A DNA stretch of 64,000 nt from Elusimicrobiota bacterium (GTDB lineage: Bacteria > Elusimicrobiota > Elusimicrobia > UBA1565 > UBA9628), in assembly GCA_027319565.1 (NCBI GenBank), contig DAHVNA010000002.1:39283-103282 (forward strand). The letters are read 5' to 3'. The notes beneath the pieces were generated by a model. The model was not told the origin of the DNA. It saw nothing but the letters and a program-made list of their open reading frames with translations, and did not search any database. Both the position numbers and the translations under genes were made by a program. Shown piece by piece: positions 1 through 9,637 of the stretch. Position 1 is the first letter of the stretch. Each line of letters opens with the position of its first letter.

Positions 1-49
1 CTCAATAAGGGAATTCCCGTCACCTCTAAGAGATCCGCGCTCAAGGTCT

Positions 50-1624
50 TCATTCCCATTCAATGGTCGCCGGTGGCTTTGAGGTAATGTCATAGACCAC
101 CCGGTTAATTCCTTTCACTTCCCGCGTAATTCGGTCGGAAACGCGGCGAAGCAAATTTTCCGGCAAACGCGCCCACTCCGCCGTCATCCCGTCGACACTG
201 GTCACCGAGCGAAGAACGACGGCGTTTTGATAGCTTCTTGAATCTCCCATAACCCCGACAGTCCTGACCGGCAATAGAACCGCAAGAGCCTGCCAGACCT
301 GCGAATAATATCCCGCCTTCTTAAGTTCATCGACAAAGATGGCGTCGGTATTGCGGAGAACCTCAAGCCTGTCTTGATTAACTTCGCCAATAATTCTCAC
401 CGCAAGCCCGGGGCCCGGAAAAGGATGGGCCAATAAAATCTCATCTGGAATCTGAAGCTCCGCGCCCAAGCGCCGGGCCTCATCTTTAAAAAGAAAACGC
501 AAGGGCTCAATTAACTTTAAGCTCATTTTTTTAGGCAAGCCGCCGACATTGTGATGACTCTTAATCGCAGAGGACGGACCGCTGACGGGAGAAGACTCGA
601 TGACATCCGGGTACAAGGTCCCCTGGGCCAGAAAAGCCGCGGATTTAATCTGGCGGGCCTCTTTTTCAAAGACATCGATAAAAGTTTTTCCGATCACCTT
701 TCGCTTTTTCTCCGGATCGCTGACGCCTTTAAGGCGCTTAAGAAAAAGCTTGGAAGCGTCGATAATTTTGACATTGATGCCCAAGGATTTTCCCAAAACC
801 GTTTCCACTCGTTCTCTTTCGCCCAAACGCAAAAGCCCGGTATCGACAAAAAATGCGTGGAGCCTGGAACCGATCGCTTTGTTGATTAAAGCCGCCACCA
901 CCGCGCTATCAACCCCTCCAGAAACGGCACAGACGACACTGGACTTGCCTACCTGAGACTGAATCTGGGAAATAGCTTCCTTTAAAACGTAAGAAACCGT
1001 CCAATGAGATTTGATGCCGCAAATATTACGCGCGAAATTTTCGAGAATTTTCCCGCCTTGGCTGGTATGGGCGACCTCCGGATGAAATTGAAGCCCGTAA
1101 ATTTTCTTTTTCTCGTCTTCAATGGCCGCGATTGGACAATCTTCCGTTTCGGCGATAATCTTAAATCCATTCCCCAAACTCTCGACGCTGTCGCCGTGGC
1201 TCATCCAAACCCTAAACAAGCCAGAAACCCCGCTAAAAATCGCGCTTTCTTTAAGAGGCCGCACTTCCGCCTCGCCGTATTCCCTGTTATTTGAGGGTCT
1301 CACCTTCCCGCCATGCTCATGAACCAAAAGTTGCATCCCGTAACAAATACCCAAGACGGGAATCCCCAATGAAAAAAGGTCGGCGGAAGTTTTCGGAGCG
1401 TTTTTATCCATAACCCCGGAGGGCCCGCCGGAGAGAATGATGCCCTTAGGAGCTATTTCGGAAATTTTTTCCTTGGAGATGGAAAAAGGGACGATCTCGC
1501 TAAAGACCTCCAGTTCCCGCAAACGCCTCGCCAGCAGCTGAGTGTATTGGCTTCCGAAATCGAGGATGAGAATTTTTTCCGAAGGTCTCACCCCTTGAAC
1601 GGTCTCCAAGGATCGGCCTCTCAT
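50..1624 (-). CDS. guaA: GMP synthase (glutamine-hydrolysing)
   Basis: 524 aa. Class I glutamine amidotransferase motif GICYGMQ is followed by the PP-loop ATPase motif SGGVDS and a conserved GMP synthase C-terminal dimerisation region. Confidence 0.9.
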   Translation of the reverse strand: MRGRSLETVQGVRPSEKILILDFGSQYTQLLARRLRELEVFSEIVPFSISKEKISEIAPKGIILSGGPSGVMDKNAPKTSADLFSLGIPVLGICYGMQLLVHEHGGKVRPSNNREYGEAEVRPLKESAIFSGVSGLFRVWMSHGDSVESLGNGFKIIAETEDCPIAAIEDEKKKIYGLQFHPEVAHTSQGGKILENFARNICGIKSHWTVSYVLKEAISQIQSQVGKSSVVCAVSGGVDSAVVAALINKAIGSRLHAFFVDTGLLRLGERERVETVLGKSLGINVKIIDASKLFLKRLKGVSDPEKKRKVIGKTFIDVFEKEARQIKSAAFLAQGTLYPDVIESSPVSGPSSAIKSHHNVGGLPKKMSLKLIEPLRFLFKDEARRLGAELQIPDEILLAHPFPGPGLAVRIIGEVNQDRLEVLRNTDAIFVDELKKAGYYSQVWQALAVLLPVRTVGVMGDSRSYQNAVVLRSVTSVDGMTAEWARLPENLLRRVSDRITREVKGINRVVYDITSKPPATIEWE

Positions 1625-2811
1625 TTCCCCATCCCGATTCTCTGGGTTCTTTGAAAGATTTTTCCTTCAGTCCGAATCGCTGGGGCGATGATGATTTCGG
1701 CGGACTGCATTTCTCTAATATTGGAAGCCCCAAGAGAACCCATGCAGGTTCTCAAAGCCCCCACCAAATTCTGGGATCCATCGTCTAAACGCGAAGGACC
1801 GTATAAAATTTCTTCAAGGCTGCCGGTGACTCCCACCTGAATCCGCGTTCCCCGCGGAAGATTCTGATGCGGAGTCGCCATTCCCCAATGAAAACCTTGG
1901 CCCGGAGCTTCTTTGGAGCGGGCAAAGGCCGACCCCACCATCACTCCATCGGCTCCGCAGGCGACGGCCTTGCAGATATCCCCGCCGGAAGACATTCCAC
2001 CATCGGTGATGATAGGAACGTAGCGCCCTGTCCTCTTATAATAATAGTCTCGAGCGGCGGCGCAATCAACAGTCGCGGTAACCTGGGGAACGCCCAAACC
2101 CAAAACCCCCCGAGTCGTACACGCGGCCCCGGGGCCCACCCCAATCAAAAGTCCGGAAACCCCGGTATCCATCAATTCCGAAGCCACCGAATGAGTCACG
2201 CAATTTCCCACCACAACTGGAATCTTCATTTTTTTGCAGAAAGAAGCGATATTAAACGGCGTGTATTTTTTGGCTTGATGTCTGACCGTGGTCACCGTTG
2301 ACTGAACGACAAAAAGATCGCACCCCGCTTCTTGGGCGATGAGGCCGTATTCGTCGGCGTTTTGAGGAATGGTGGAAACCGCGCAGGGAACCTTAGCGGC
2401 CTTAATTTCGGAAACTCGCTTGGCGATCAGCTCTTTTTTAACCGGCTTTTGATAAATTTCCTGAACGAGTCCCGTGGCCTCCTCAGGGCTTGCCTGCGCG
2501 ATTTGATTCAAAACTTCGCGGGGATTTTCATAGCGGGTATTGACCCCGTCTAAATTCAGAACTCCCAGCCCGCCTTGCTTTCCCATGGCAATGGCAAAGG
2601 CCACGTCGACAACGCCATCCATGGCGGAAGCAAGAAAAGGGATTTCGAGGTTGATGGGGCCGATAGACAAGCGCGTATCCACCTCGTCCGGGTTAATCGT
2701 CAAGTCTCCAGGGACCAGAGCTATTTCGTCAAATCCATAAGCCCGCCGGGCCTGCCTGTCTCGTCCAATAAAAAAAGACATTGCCACCTCCCTTCGAGAG
2801 ATATGATACAA
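1621..2811 (-). CDS. IMP dehydrogenase family protein lacking the CBS subdomain
   Basis: 396 aa. Catalytic-loop signature GVGPGAACTTRGVLGLGVPQ carries the IMPDH/GMP reductase catalytic Cys. N-terminal YGFDEIALVP matches the IMPDH start. There is no CBS pair insert. The gene overlaps the guaA stop by 4 nt. The start may instead be the Met at 2781. Confidence 0.75.
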   Translation of the reverse strand: MYHISRREVAMSFFIGRDRQARRAYGFDEIALVPGDLTINPDEVDTRLSIGPINLEIPFLASAMDGVVDVAFAIAMGKQGGLGVLNLDGVNTRYENPREVLNQIAQASPEEATGLVQEIYQKPVKKELIAKRVSEIKAAKVPCAVSTIPQNADEYGLIAQEAGCDLFVVQSTVTTVRHQAKKYTPFNIASFCKKMKIPVVVGNCVTHSVASELMDTGVSGLLIGVGPGAACTTRGVLGLGVPQVTATVDCAAARDYYYKRTGRYVPIITDGGMSSGGDICKAVACGADGVMVGSAFARSKEAPGQGFHWGMATPHQNLPRGTRIQVGVTGSLEEILYGPSRLDDGSQNLVGALRTCMGSLGASNIREMQSAEIIIAPAIRTEGKIFQRTQRIGMGK

Positions 2812-2864
2812 AATACCTAGACGCGAAGAAACCGGTTTTTTGTATCATAACCGAAGGAGACTCT

Positions 2865-3749
2865 ATGAATCGCTTGAGCGGACTTTTAACGACCTTATTT
2901 CTATCCTCGGCCCTGGCCTTCTCTTTTTCTGGCTGCGGAACCTTGATTGACCCAGGACACGAGGGACTTCGCCAATTGGTTTTTCGCGAGCACTCGCTTC
3001 AAAAAGAGCCCTTAACCGACGGTTTTTATTGGCATTTCCCCTGGAACAATATCTTTGTCTATAAAACGACCTGGCAAAGCCGCACCGAAGAAGTGCATGT
3101 TTTAACCGAGGAAGCCCTTCATATTCTCGTTCGCGTCACGGTCACCTATCGCCCAAAAACGGCAGATCTCTACCAATTAGCTCAAACCATCGGCCCTCAT
3201 TATTACAGCCAGGTCATCCGCCCGCCGTTTGTGACCATTACGCGAACGGAATTTGCCTGGCACAAGCACAACCGTTTAGGGCAAGATTCTCCAATTATAG
3301 AATCTGACATTCTAAAAAAACTGGAAGCGGCCTTGTCCGATATGCCCATCGTGATCTCCCGCGTCTCAATTGACCATATCGAATACGACCGACAGGTCAC
3401 CGACGCGATATCGGATAAAATTGCAACCCATCAGAAAGCGGAGCAAAAAGTTTACGACGAAGATATCGCCAAGGAAAATGCGGATATCGCCCGCACCAAC
3501 GCCGAAGGCCAGGCCGATGCCGAAGATATTCAAGCGAGCGGAGACGCCAAGGCGATTCTAGTCAAGGCCAAGGCCAAGGCTCAAGCCCAAATGGAAATTT
3601 CAAAAACCTTGACCAAGCAATATATCGAGCTTAAAGCCTTCGATAACCCCGCGACCCGCTACTATTTCGTCCCCCTTGGCAAAGACGGCCTGCCGCTGAT
3701 TATCAACACCGGCTCTTCCAACACCAACTTCAATTCCGGAACCAAATAG
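2865..3749 (+). CDS. SPFH/band-7 (prohibitin-like) lipoprotein
   Basis: Start chosen at ATG 2865, which has an AAGGAGA ribosome-binding site 6 nt upstream (the ORF track extends to 2781). Signal peptide plus lipobox FSGC. The rest is an SPFH-like core with an Ala/Lys/Glu-rich coiled tail. Confidence 0.55.
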   Translation: MNRLSGLLTTLFLSSALAFSFSGCGTLIDPGHEGLRQLVFREHSLQKEPLTDGFYWHFPWNNIFVYKTTWQSRTEEVHVLTEEALHILVRVTVTYRPKTADLYQLAQTIGPHYYSQVIRPPFVTITRTEFAWHKHNRLGQDSPIIESDILKKLEAALSDMPIVISRVSIDHIEYDRQVTDAISDKIATHQKAEQKVYDEDIAKENADIARTNAEGQADAEDIQASGDAKAILVKAKAKAQAQMEISKTLTKQYIELKAFDNPATRYYFVPLGKDGLPLIINTGSSNTNFNSGTK

Positions 3750-3758
3750 CAAGACTCA

Positions 3759-4088
3759 ATGAAAACAATCCTTCTTTTAGTCGCTTCCAATGTTTTCATG
3801 ACTTTCGCTTGGTATGGGCATCTGCGCTACCGCCAAGTTCCCCTTTGGGAAGTCATCTTGATCAGTTGGGGCATCGCTTTTTTCGAATATTGCTTTCAAG
3901 TGCCGGCCAATCGCATCGGCTACGGCGAATTTTCGGTCGTTCAATTAAAAACCATCCAAGAAGTCATCACCTTGACCGTGTTTTCGGTCTTCGCCACGCT
4001 TTACCTAGGAGAAAGACTGCGATGGAACCATTTTGTCGGGTTCTCCTTTTTAATTTTAGCCGCATTTTTCATTTTCCAGCATAAATAA
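3759..4088 (+). CDS. Small DMT-superfamily-like membrane protein (DUF486-like), 3-4 TM helices
   Basis: 109 aa, very hydrophobic, with a conserved WYGHLRY-type N-terminus. Confidence 0.4.
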   Translation: MKTILLLVASNVFMTFAWYGHLRYRQVPLWEVILISWGIAFFEYCFQVPANRIGYGEFSVVQLKTIQEVITLTVFSVFATLYLGERLRWNHFVGFSFLILAAFFIFQHK

Positions 4089-4104
4089 ACCCTGGAAAAA
4101 TCCA

Positions 4105-7100
4105 ATGAACGATTCCGAAAGCCGCCTAGCGGCTCAATTTGATTTAGGCTCGAACATGGTCGTCGAAGCGGCGGCCGGAACCGGGAAGACATCTCTTCTC
4201 ATTGCGCGGATTCTGTCTTTGACTCTGGCCGGCAATAGCGGAAAAGGATATCCCCTTGAAAACATCGCGGCCTTAACCTTTACCAACAAAGCCGCCGCGG
4301 AAATGAAAATACGCCTGGCGCAGCAACTTCATCAAATCGCGACCTCAATTCATCGCCCTGAAGAGGCCCAGCCCACGGCCAAAAAACTCGTTGACTCTTT
4401 AAAGGAGCGCTTTTCTCTCTCTGAACAAGCCATTGAAGAAAGAGTTAGTCTGGCTTTAAATCAACTTGAACGAGCCCCCATAGAAACTTTTCACTCCTTT
4501 GTCGCGCGGATTCTAAGGCTCTATCCCCTAGATGCCGGGCTTTCCCCGAGTTTTGAGATCGATGAGGGACGAAATTTTAACCGAATTTTTGAATCGGAAT
4601 GGGAAGAATGGCTGGACAGTGAACTGGGATCTTCTATGCCGCGAAAAGAAGATTGGCTTCAGATTCTTAAATTCGTCACGATTAAAGATTTAAGAGAATT
4701 AGCCAAACAATTGGCTCAAAAAGAAATTCCTCTTGATTTAATTCATCGAACATCCCGGGAAACCGTGGAGAGTTTAAAGTGCCTCTTGGAAAAATTAGAA
4801 GAAATCCCTCAGGGAAAGCCTCCCCCTAAAAGCAAGACATTTCTGGATAAATTTTCTGATTTAAAAAACCAAATTCGGGCACTCACTCAAATTCCGGAGA
4901 CGAAAAAATCAGATACGGATCTATTGAAAAACTGGACTCCCCCTGAAACAGGAACTTTTTGGCCTCAATGGCCCAAAGCGTGGGGAGAGGACGAGGAGGA
5001 AAAAGCGATTTATAAACGCGCCCAAAAAATAGCGGAATACTCCTCTCCCGAAAAACACGCCTTGGTGGAAAAAGCGACCAGCCTTTTGGCGCCTTTTTGC
5101 GATAAAGTTCTTAACTCGTTTAGAAAAGCCGGTTTTATCTCTTTTGATGGACTCTTAATTGAGGCCCGCAATCTCCTCAAGGACAATCTGAAAATTCGCA
5201 ACGAAATCAAGCGCCGCTATCATTCGTTGTTGGTGGATGAATTTCAAGACACCGACCCCCTGCAGGGAGAAATTCTATTTTTCCTGGCGGAAGACCTCCA
5301 TTCAACGGCGCTCGATTGGCAAAAGGTGACCCTGGGCCCGGGCCGAATCTTCGTCGTTGGAGACCCCAAACAGTCGATCTACCGCTTTCGCGGAGCCGAC
5401 ATCGCCGCCTATCAAGATTTTACGCAGAAAATTTTATCCCAGCCGAAATCCAAAGCCTTGTCTCTCAATCTCAATTTTAGAAGCAAGGCCGAAGTTTTAC
5501 TTCCCATCAATTCTCTATTTTCCAAGACGATGAAAGAAATCAAGGGTCTTCAGGCCGCCCATCAAAATCTTGAAACGACCCAAAGTTTAAGCTCTGATTC
5601 CGCCCTTCAAATTATCAAGCTCGGTTTTTCCGGAGATTCGGCTAAATCCCATGATTTTCAAAAAGCCGAGGCGCAATGGATTTGTCAGTGGATTGACGAA
5701 AATTGCGGGCCTCAAAAAAAGTTCCGCTATAAAGACGTCGCCGTTCTCTGGCGCACCCAATTGGGAAGCTCTTATTTAATCGAAGCCCTTAAGAGCGCTC
5801 AAATCCCTTATGCCGCCCAGCTCAAAAACTCTCTTTATTCTTCCCAAGAGTTTATCGATTTCATGAATCTCATCCGCGTTTTAGACGACCCTGAAGATCA
5901 AGTCTCTCTCAATGGAGTTTTAAGATCTCCCCTGACCGACACCAAAGACTCCAATCTTACGGACGGGAAAACCAAGGGAAAAAGCGCAGAGGCCTTGGAA
6001 AAAATCCTCAACAATCTTCGCTCTCAATTGGGGCGAATACCTCTGCCCATTTTTTTAGACCGCGTAATTAAAGAAACCGCTCTTCTGCCCATCGCGGCCA
6101 AAGCTTACCATGGGGCTCAAGCGGTGTCTAATATTCTCAAAGCCTCCCGTTTAGCCGAGGAAATCGCCAACAAAGAGGGCTTGACCGCTCGGGAAATGAT
6201 CGAGCGGATCTTGCGGGAAGTTCAATCGGGAGAAGAAGAAGGCGAAAGCCCGCTGGCCGACGATTCTCTTGACTGCGTTCGGTTGTTGACCATCCACAAA
6301 GCCAAAGGCCTTGAATTTCCCATCGTCTTTATCCCGCGGATATCCTCGGCGGGGCAATCCAACGAAATTCCCTTTTCTTTGGCGGATTGGAAAACTCAAA
6401 CGATCGGGTTCTATCTTTCCAAGGCCAAAGCCGCGTCTTTAAACATGGCCTTCCTGAGAATCAACGAAAAAGAACGGCTCAACCATGAGGCCCTCCGTCT
6501 TCTTTATGTGGGCCTGACCCGCGCCAAGGAAAAAATATTTCTCATCGGAGACAAGGACTTTTCCCCGGGAGATTATTGCTTCTCCCGATTTTTGTCGGCC
6601 GATTTAACGCTCCCCTCCAAAAACATCAATGTCGATGCCTCGTTTTCAAATTCAAATCAAAATCGCCAAAAGCCCACGAGCAAAATTCCAATTGAGCCCG
6701 AAAAATGGGCTTTAAAATGGAAAGAGGAGCTTAAACCAAAAAGCCTTGGGCCCCGCCCCTGGTCTTTAACCCCCACTCAAGAGGCAACCCGCCTTTTTGA
6801 AGAGGATGATGCGCGTCCCCGGCCAAATCAAGCCGTAGTTTTAGGACAACTTTGCCACGAGGCCTTAAAAATCCTCGATTTCAAAAATCCCGGCGAGATT
6901 CGGCCTCTCATCCAGCGCGCCGCGGCTTTCTTATCGCAACTGGCTTTAACCCCGCCGGAACCCAAACTCCTTGAAGAAGCTGAAAGACTCATTCATGACT
7001 TTTTAGGTTCATCTTCGGCAAAAGCAATCATCCAATCCGAGATTTTAGGAAGAGAAATTCCGTTTGCCTACCAGGAAAATAATTCCATCATTCGAGGGGC

Positions 7101-7338
7101 CATCGATCTGGTCTATCAAAATAGGGATCAAACGGTCGTCCTCGATTATAAAACCGGCCCGGCGCCGAAATCTCAAGAGGAAGAAAAAATCGCCTTGAAA
7201 CGCTACCACCCCCAAGCCCGGGCTTATCTTCAAGCCGTAGAAAAAACCTTGGGAAAAAAAGCGCGCTTTCAGCTTCTTTTCCTGCGCCGACCCGAAAGCC
7301 CTATATGGTATAATGAGAAAGACGTTTTTCAGGATTAA
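4105..7338 (+). CDS. UvrD/Rep-family helicase with C-terminal PD-(D/E)XK nuclease domain (AddA-like helicase-nuclease)
   Basis: 1077 aa. Walker A AAAGTGKTS at the N-terminus, DEFQDTD motif II, helicase motif VI LLYVGLTRAKEKIFL. The C-terminal GAIDLVYQ...VVLDYKTG matches a RecB-type nuclease motif. Confidence 0.8.
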   Translation: MNDSESRLAAQFDLGSNMVVEAAAGTGKTSLLIARILSLTLAGNSGKGYPLENIAALTFTNKAAAEMKIRLAQQLHQIATSIHRPEEAQPTAKKLVDSLKERFSLSEQAIEERVSLALNQLERAPIETFHSFVARILRLYPLDAGLSPSFEIDEGRNFNRIFESEWEEWLDSELGSSMPRKEDWLQILKFVTIKDLRELAKQLAQKEIPLDLIHRTSRETVESLKCLLEKLEEIPQGKPPPKSKTFLDKFSDLKNQIRALTQIPETKKSDTDLLKNWTPPETGTFWPQWPKAWGEDEEEKAIYKRAQKIAEYSSPEKHALVEKATSLLAPFCDKVLNSFRKAGFISFDGLLIEARNLLKDNLKIRNEIKRRYHSLLVDEFQDTDPLQGEILFFLAEDLHSTALDWQKVTLGPGRIFVVGDPKQSIYRFRGADIAAYQDFTQKILSQPKSKALSLNLNFRSKAEVLLPINSLFSKTMKEIKGLQAAHQNLETTQSLSSDSALQIIKLGFSGDSAKSHDFQKAEAQWICQWIDENCGPQKKFRYKDVAVLWRTQLGSSYLIEALKSAQIPYAAQLKNSLYSSQEFIDFMNLIRVLDDPEDQVSLNGVLRSPLTDTKDSNLTDGKTKGKSAEALEKILNNLRSQLGRIPLPIFLDRVIKETALLPIAAKAYHGAQAVSNILKASRLAEEIANKEGLTAREMIERILREVQSGEEEGESPLADDSLDCVRLLTIHKAKGLEFPIVFIPRISSAGQSNEIPFSLADWKTQTIGFYLSKAKAASLNMAFLRINEKERLNHEALRLLYVGLTRAKEKIFLIGDKDFSPGDYCFSRFLSADLTLPSKNINVDASFSNSNQNRQKPTSKIPIEPEKWALKWKEELKPKSLGPRPWSLTPTQEATRLFEEDDARPRPNQAVVLGQLCHEALKILDFKNPGEIRPLIQRAAAFLSQLALTPPEPKLLEEAERLIHDFLGSSSAKAIIQSEILGREIPFAYQENNSIIRGAIDLVYQNRDQTVVLDYKTGPAPKSQEEEKIALKRYHPQARAYLQAVEKTLGKKARFQLLFLRRPESPIWYNEKDVFQD

Positions 7339-7342
7339 CTCT

Positions 7343-7666
7343 ATGTTCTATCATCTTATTTTAGCGATTCACGTCTTTGTCTGCGTGCTGATGATTTTGG
7401 TGGTGCTCCTCCAGACCGGCCGCGGAGCGGGGCTCGCTCTTTTTGGAAGCTCGGGAGATTCCCTCATTACCACCCCGACCGGATCAAGTTTCATGCGCAA
7501 TTTAACCGGGGCGCTTGCCGGAGCCTTCGCTTTTACATCCCTTTTTCTCTCTTTGTTGTCGGCCAAAAGCGGAATGTCGAGCGTCACGTCTCGTTTTTCG
7601 CTTCCGAGCGCGCCGGCAGCTCAACAGGCCCCCGCTACTCCGCCTGCTTCCACCAAGAAAAAATAA
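7343..7666 (+). CDS. secG: Preprotein translocase subunit SecG
   Basis: Two TM helices, the VLLQTGRGAGL...FGSSGDS signature and a Pro/Ala-rich tail. The start is taken at the internal Met to avoid a 26-nt overlap with the helicase gene. Confidence 0.7.
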   Translation: MFYHLILAIHVFVCVLMILVVLLQTGRGAGLALFGSSGDSLITTPTGSSFMRNLTGALAGAFAFTSLFLSLLSAKSGMSSVTSRFSLPSAPAAQQAPATPPASTKKK

Positions 7667-7677
7667 TTTCATTTAAC

Positions 7678-7759
7678 GCGCGGGTGGCGGAACTGGCAGA
7701 CGCGTACGTTTGAGGGGCGTATGCCGCAAGGCGTGAGGGTTCGAGTCCCTCCCCGCGCA
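7678..7759 (+). tRNA. tRNA-Leu (anticodon GAG), type II with long variable arm, no encoded CCA
   Basis: Hand-folded. 7-bp acceptor stem GCGCGGG/CCCGCGC, D-arm GCGG-AACUGGCAGA, anticodon stem UACGU/GCGUA with loop UUGAGGG, variable arm UGCCGCAAGGCGUGA, T-arm GAGGG-UUCGAGU-CCCUC, discriminator A. Confidence 0.85.
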
Positions 7760-7766
7760 AATTTTA

Positions 7767-8198
7767 ATGAGTTTAAAACCCATCTCATTTAGTTGCCGCA
7801 TCTACGGAATCCTCATCGAAAATAAGAAAGTTTTAATGACGCGAAGCCGTTTTATCGATCGCGAATTCGTCAATTTCCCGGGCGGTGGAGTCGAAATAGG
7901 AGAGTCCCCGGAAGACGCCTTAATCAGGGAATATCAGGAAGAAACCGGACTCTCAATTAAGATTGGAAAAATTCTTTTTTCCAGCCAAAAACTCCATTTA
8001 TCCACTCAAAGGCCGATTCAAATCGTCAGCTCTTTTTGGAGAGTGGAAAAAACGTCGGGAAAGCTCAAGGAAAACGGGAATAACGACGACGTGCTTAAGC
8101 TTTTTTGGGCCGAGATTTCTTCAATCCCAAAAGGCGAGATGTTTTCCTCCGATCGGGAGTTTGCCGATCTCTTGCCCGATCTTCTTTCTTCAAGCTGA
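7767..8198 (+). CDS. NUDIX hydrolase
   Basis: Nudix box GGGVEIGESPEDALIREYQEETGL (pattern GX5EX7REUXEEXGU). Confidence 0.8.
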   Translation: MSLKPISFSCRIYGILIENKKVLMTRSRFIDREFVNFPGGGVEIGESPEDALIREYQEETGLSIKIGKILFSSQKLHLSTQRPIQIVSSFWRVEKTSGKLKENGNNDDVLKLFWAEISSIPKGEMFSSDREFADLLPDLLSSS

Positions 8199-8547
8199 GA
8201 ATTTTCCGAACATCCTCGGCAATTTGGCGTTTCAACTCTTCTATCGAGGCAAACTTCTTTTGACCTCGGATTTTTTTAATGAGGGACACCTGAAGCTCGG
8301 ACCCGTAGAGATTTCCTTTAAAACCCGGGATATAGACTTCAAAAACCCTTTTTTCGCCAGCCACGGTGGGCTTATTGCCCACGCTGACCGCTCCTATATA
8401 AACGCGGGAAAGCTTCTCTCCGCGAACCTCGCCCGCATAAACCCCGTCTTTAGGCAAAACGTCCGGGCTGATTTTTAAATTAGCGGTGGGGTATCCCAGT
8501 TTGCGCCCGAGTCGATCCCCGGGCACGACGACCCCGCGATAGAGCAT
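8095..8547 (-). CDS. Monofunctional riboflavin kinase (RibF C-terminal-type domain only)
   Basis: 150 aa. GYPTANL, YAGEV and FEVYI...LYG...KIRGQKKF are riboflavin kinase motifs. There is no FAD-synthetase nucleotidyltransferase domain. The start ATG overlaps the truB stop as ATGA. Confidence 0.75.
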   Translation of the reverse strand: MLYRGVVVPGDRLGRKLGYPTANLKISPDVLPKDGVYAGEVRGEKLSRVYIGAVSVGNKPTVAGEKRVFEVYIPGFKGNLYGSELQVSLIKKIRGQKKFASIEELKRQIAEDVRKILSLKKEDRARDRQTPDRRKTSRLLGLKKSRPKKA

Positions 8548-9290
8548 CAGAACTTAGTTTTTATTTCCGAAGCGACTTGAAATAGTTTCATCGTTCCGGA
8601 TTCCAGCAGATTTTTAATGTCTTCAGTCTTTAAGCGTTTTAACGCTTCAAAGTCAATGGCTTCATCCACGGTAAAAGGGCCGATTTTTTCCCGTCTCAAG
8701 GTTTGAACAATAGCCCCGCACCCGATCTTAGAGCCTATCGCTTCGGCCAGGGCGCGGACATAGGTGCCACTGGAACAAAACAAACGGTTTTCAATCTCTC
8801 CGGTATGGGGATCGTACTTTAAGGCTTCCCAGCGATAAACGGTTGATTTCCTCGGTTTTTCGGGAACAGCGATTCCCTTGCGGGCATAATGGTAAAGCGG
8901 TTTTCCCTTGTGCTTGACGGCGGAATAAATCGGGGCGGGCAGGGAAATCTCTCCCAAATATTGGTCAAGAACTCGCTGAATCTCGGGTAATGTCAAGGCG
9001 GGGACAGGCCTTTTTTCAAGAACGTGCCCGGTAATATCTCCTGAATCGGTGATCACCCCAAGCTTGATTGTCCCGTAATAAATCTTGTCCAAACCTTGCA
9101 TATGCGCCTGGAGCTTGCGAGTTCTTCCCGCCAAAATAATCAAAAGTCCGGTCGCGAGAGGATCGAGAGTCCCGCAATGCCCCGCCTTTTCATTTTTTGG
9201 AAAAAACCGCCTGAATGCGCTTACCGCATCGTGAGAAGTCCATCCCGCCGGTTTGTCAAATAAAATCATTCCCGCAAGCTCGGGCTTCAC
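8547..9290 (-). CDS. truB: tRNA pseudouridine(55) synthase
   Basis: GHCGTLDPLATGLL catalytic-Asp motif, and the gene sits in the nusA-infB-rbfA-truB context. Confidence 0.9.
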   Translation of the reverse strand: MKPELAGMILFDKPAGWTSHDAVSAFRRFFPKNEKAGHCGTLDPLATGLLIILAGRTRKLQAHMQGLDKIYYGTIKLGVITDSGDITGHVLEKRPVPALTLPEIQRVLDQYLGEISLPAPIYSAVKHKGKPLYHYARKGIAVPEKPRKSTVYRWEALKYDPHTGEIENRLFCSSGTYVRALAEAIGSKIGCGAIVQTLRREKIGPFTVDEAIDFEALKRLKTEDIKNLLESGTMKLFQVASEIKTKF

Positions 9291-9631
9291 TCTTGATTCC
9301 TCAAATCATCCAATATTTTATCGATCCGAGAAGCCGTCGCGGGCGTCGCGTCATACTCAAAGATAAGCTCGGGCAAAATGCGAACGCTCCACTTTTGGCT
9401 CAGCTTTTGGCGGACATAGGGAGTCGCTCGGACAAGAGCTTTTTGGCAATTTAAGCGCTGGCGCGGGTTTCCCATCACCGAGTAAAAAATTCGCGCGGTC
9501 TTAAGATCCCGGGATAAAACAATATCGGTGACGGTGATTAAGCCTGAAAACCCCGGATCCCGAATGGTAGGCAATATGGCGACAATTTCTTTGCGGAGAA
9601 GTTCTTGAAGCCGATCGATCCGGGAAAACAA
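9287..9631 (-). CDS. rbfA: Ribosome-binding factor A
   Basis: 114 aa between infB and truB, with a KH-like fold signature and a 4-nt overlap with truB. Confidence 0.7.
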   Translation of the reverse strand: MFSRIDRLQELLRKEIVAILPTIRDPGFSGLITVTDIVLSRDLKTARIFYSVMGNPRQRLNCQKALVRATPYVRQKLSQKWSVRILPELIFEYDATPATASRIDKILDDLRNQE

Positions 9632-9637
9632 GGCAGG

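Noticed and set aside
1-49. Possible 3' end of an upstream gene at the window edge
   Set aside because: 49 nt is too short to assign.
8095-8547. Truncated bifunctional ribF (FAD synthetase lost by frameshift)
   Set aside because: The ORF starts exactly at the truB stop (ATGA overlap) with the riboflavin kinase domain. No FAD-synthetase-like translation is visible in the other frames immediately upstream. A monofunctional riboflavin kinase is the simpler reading.
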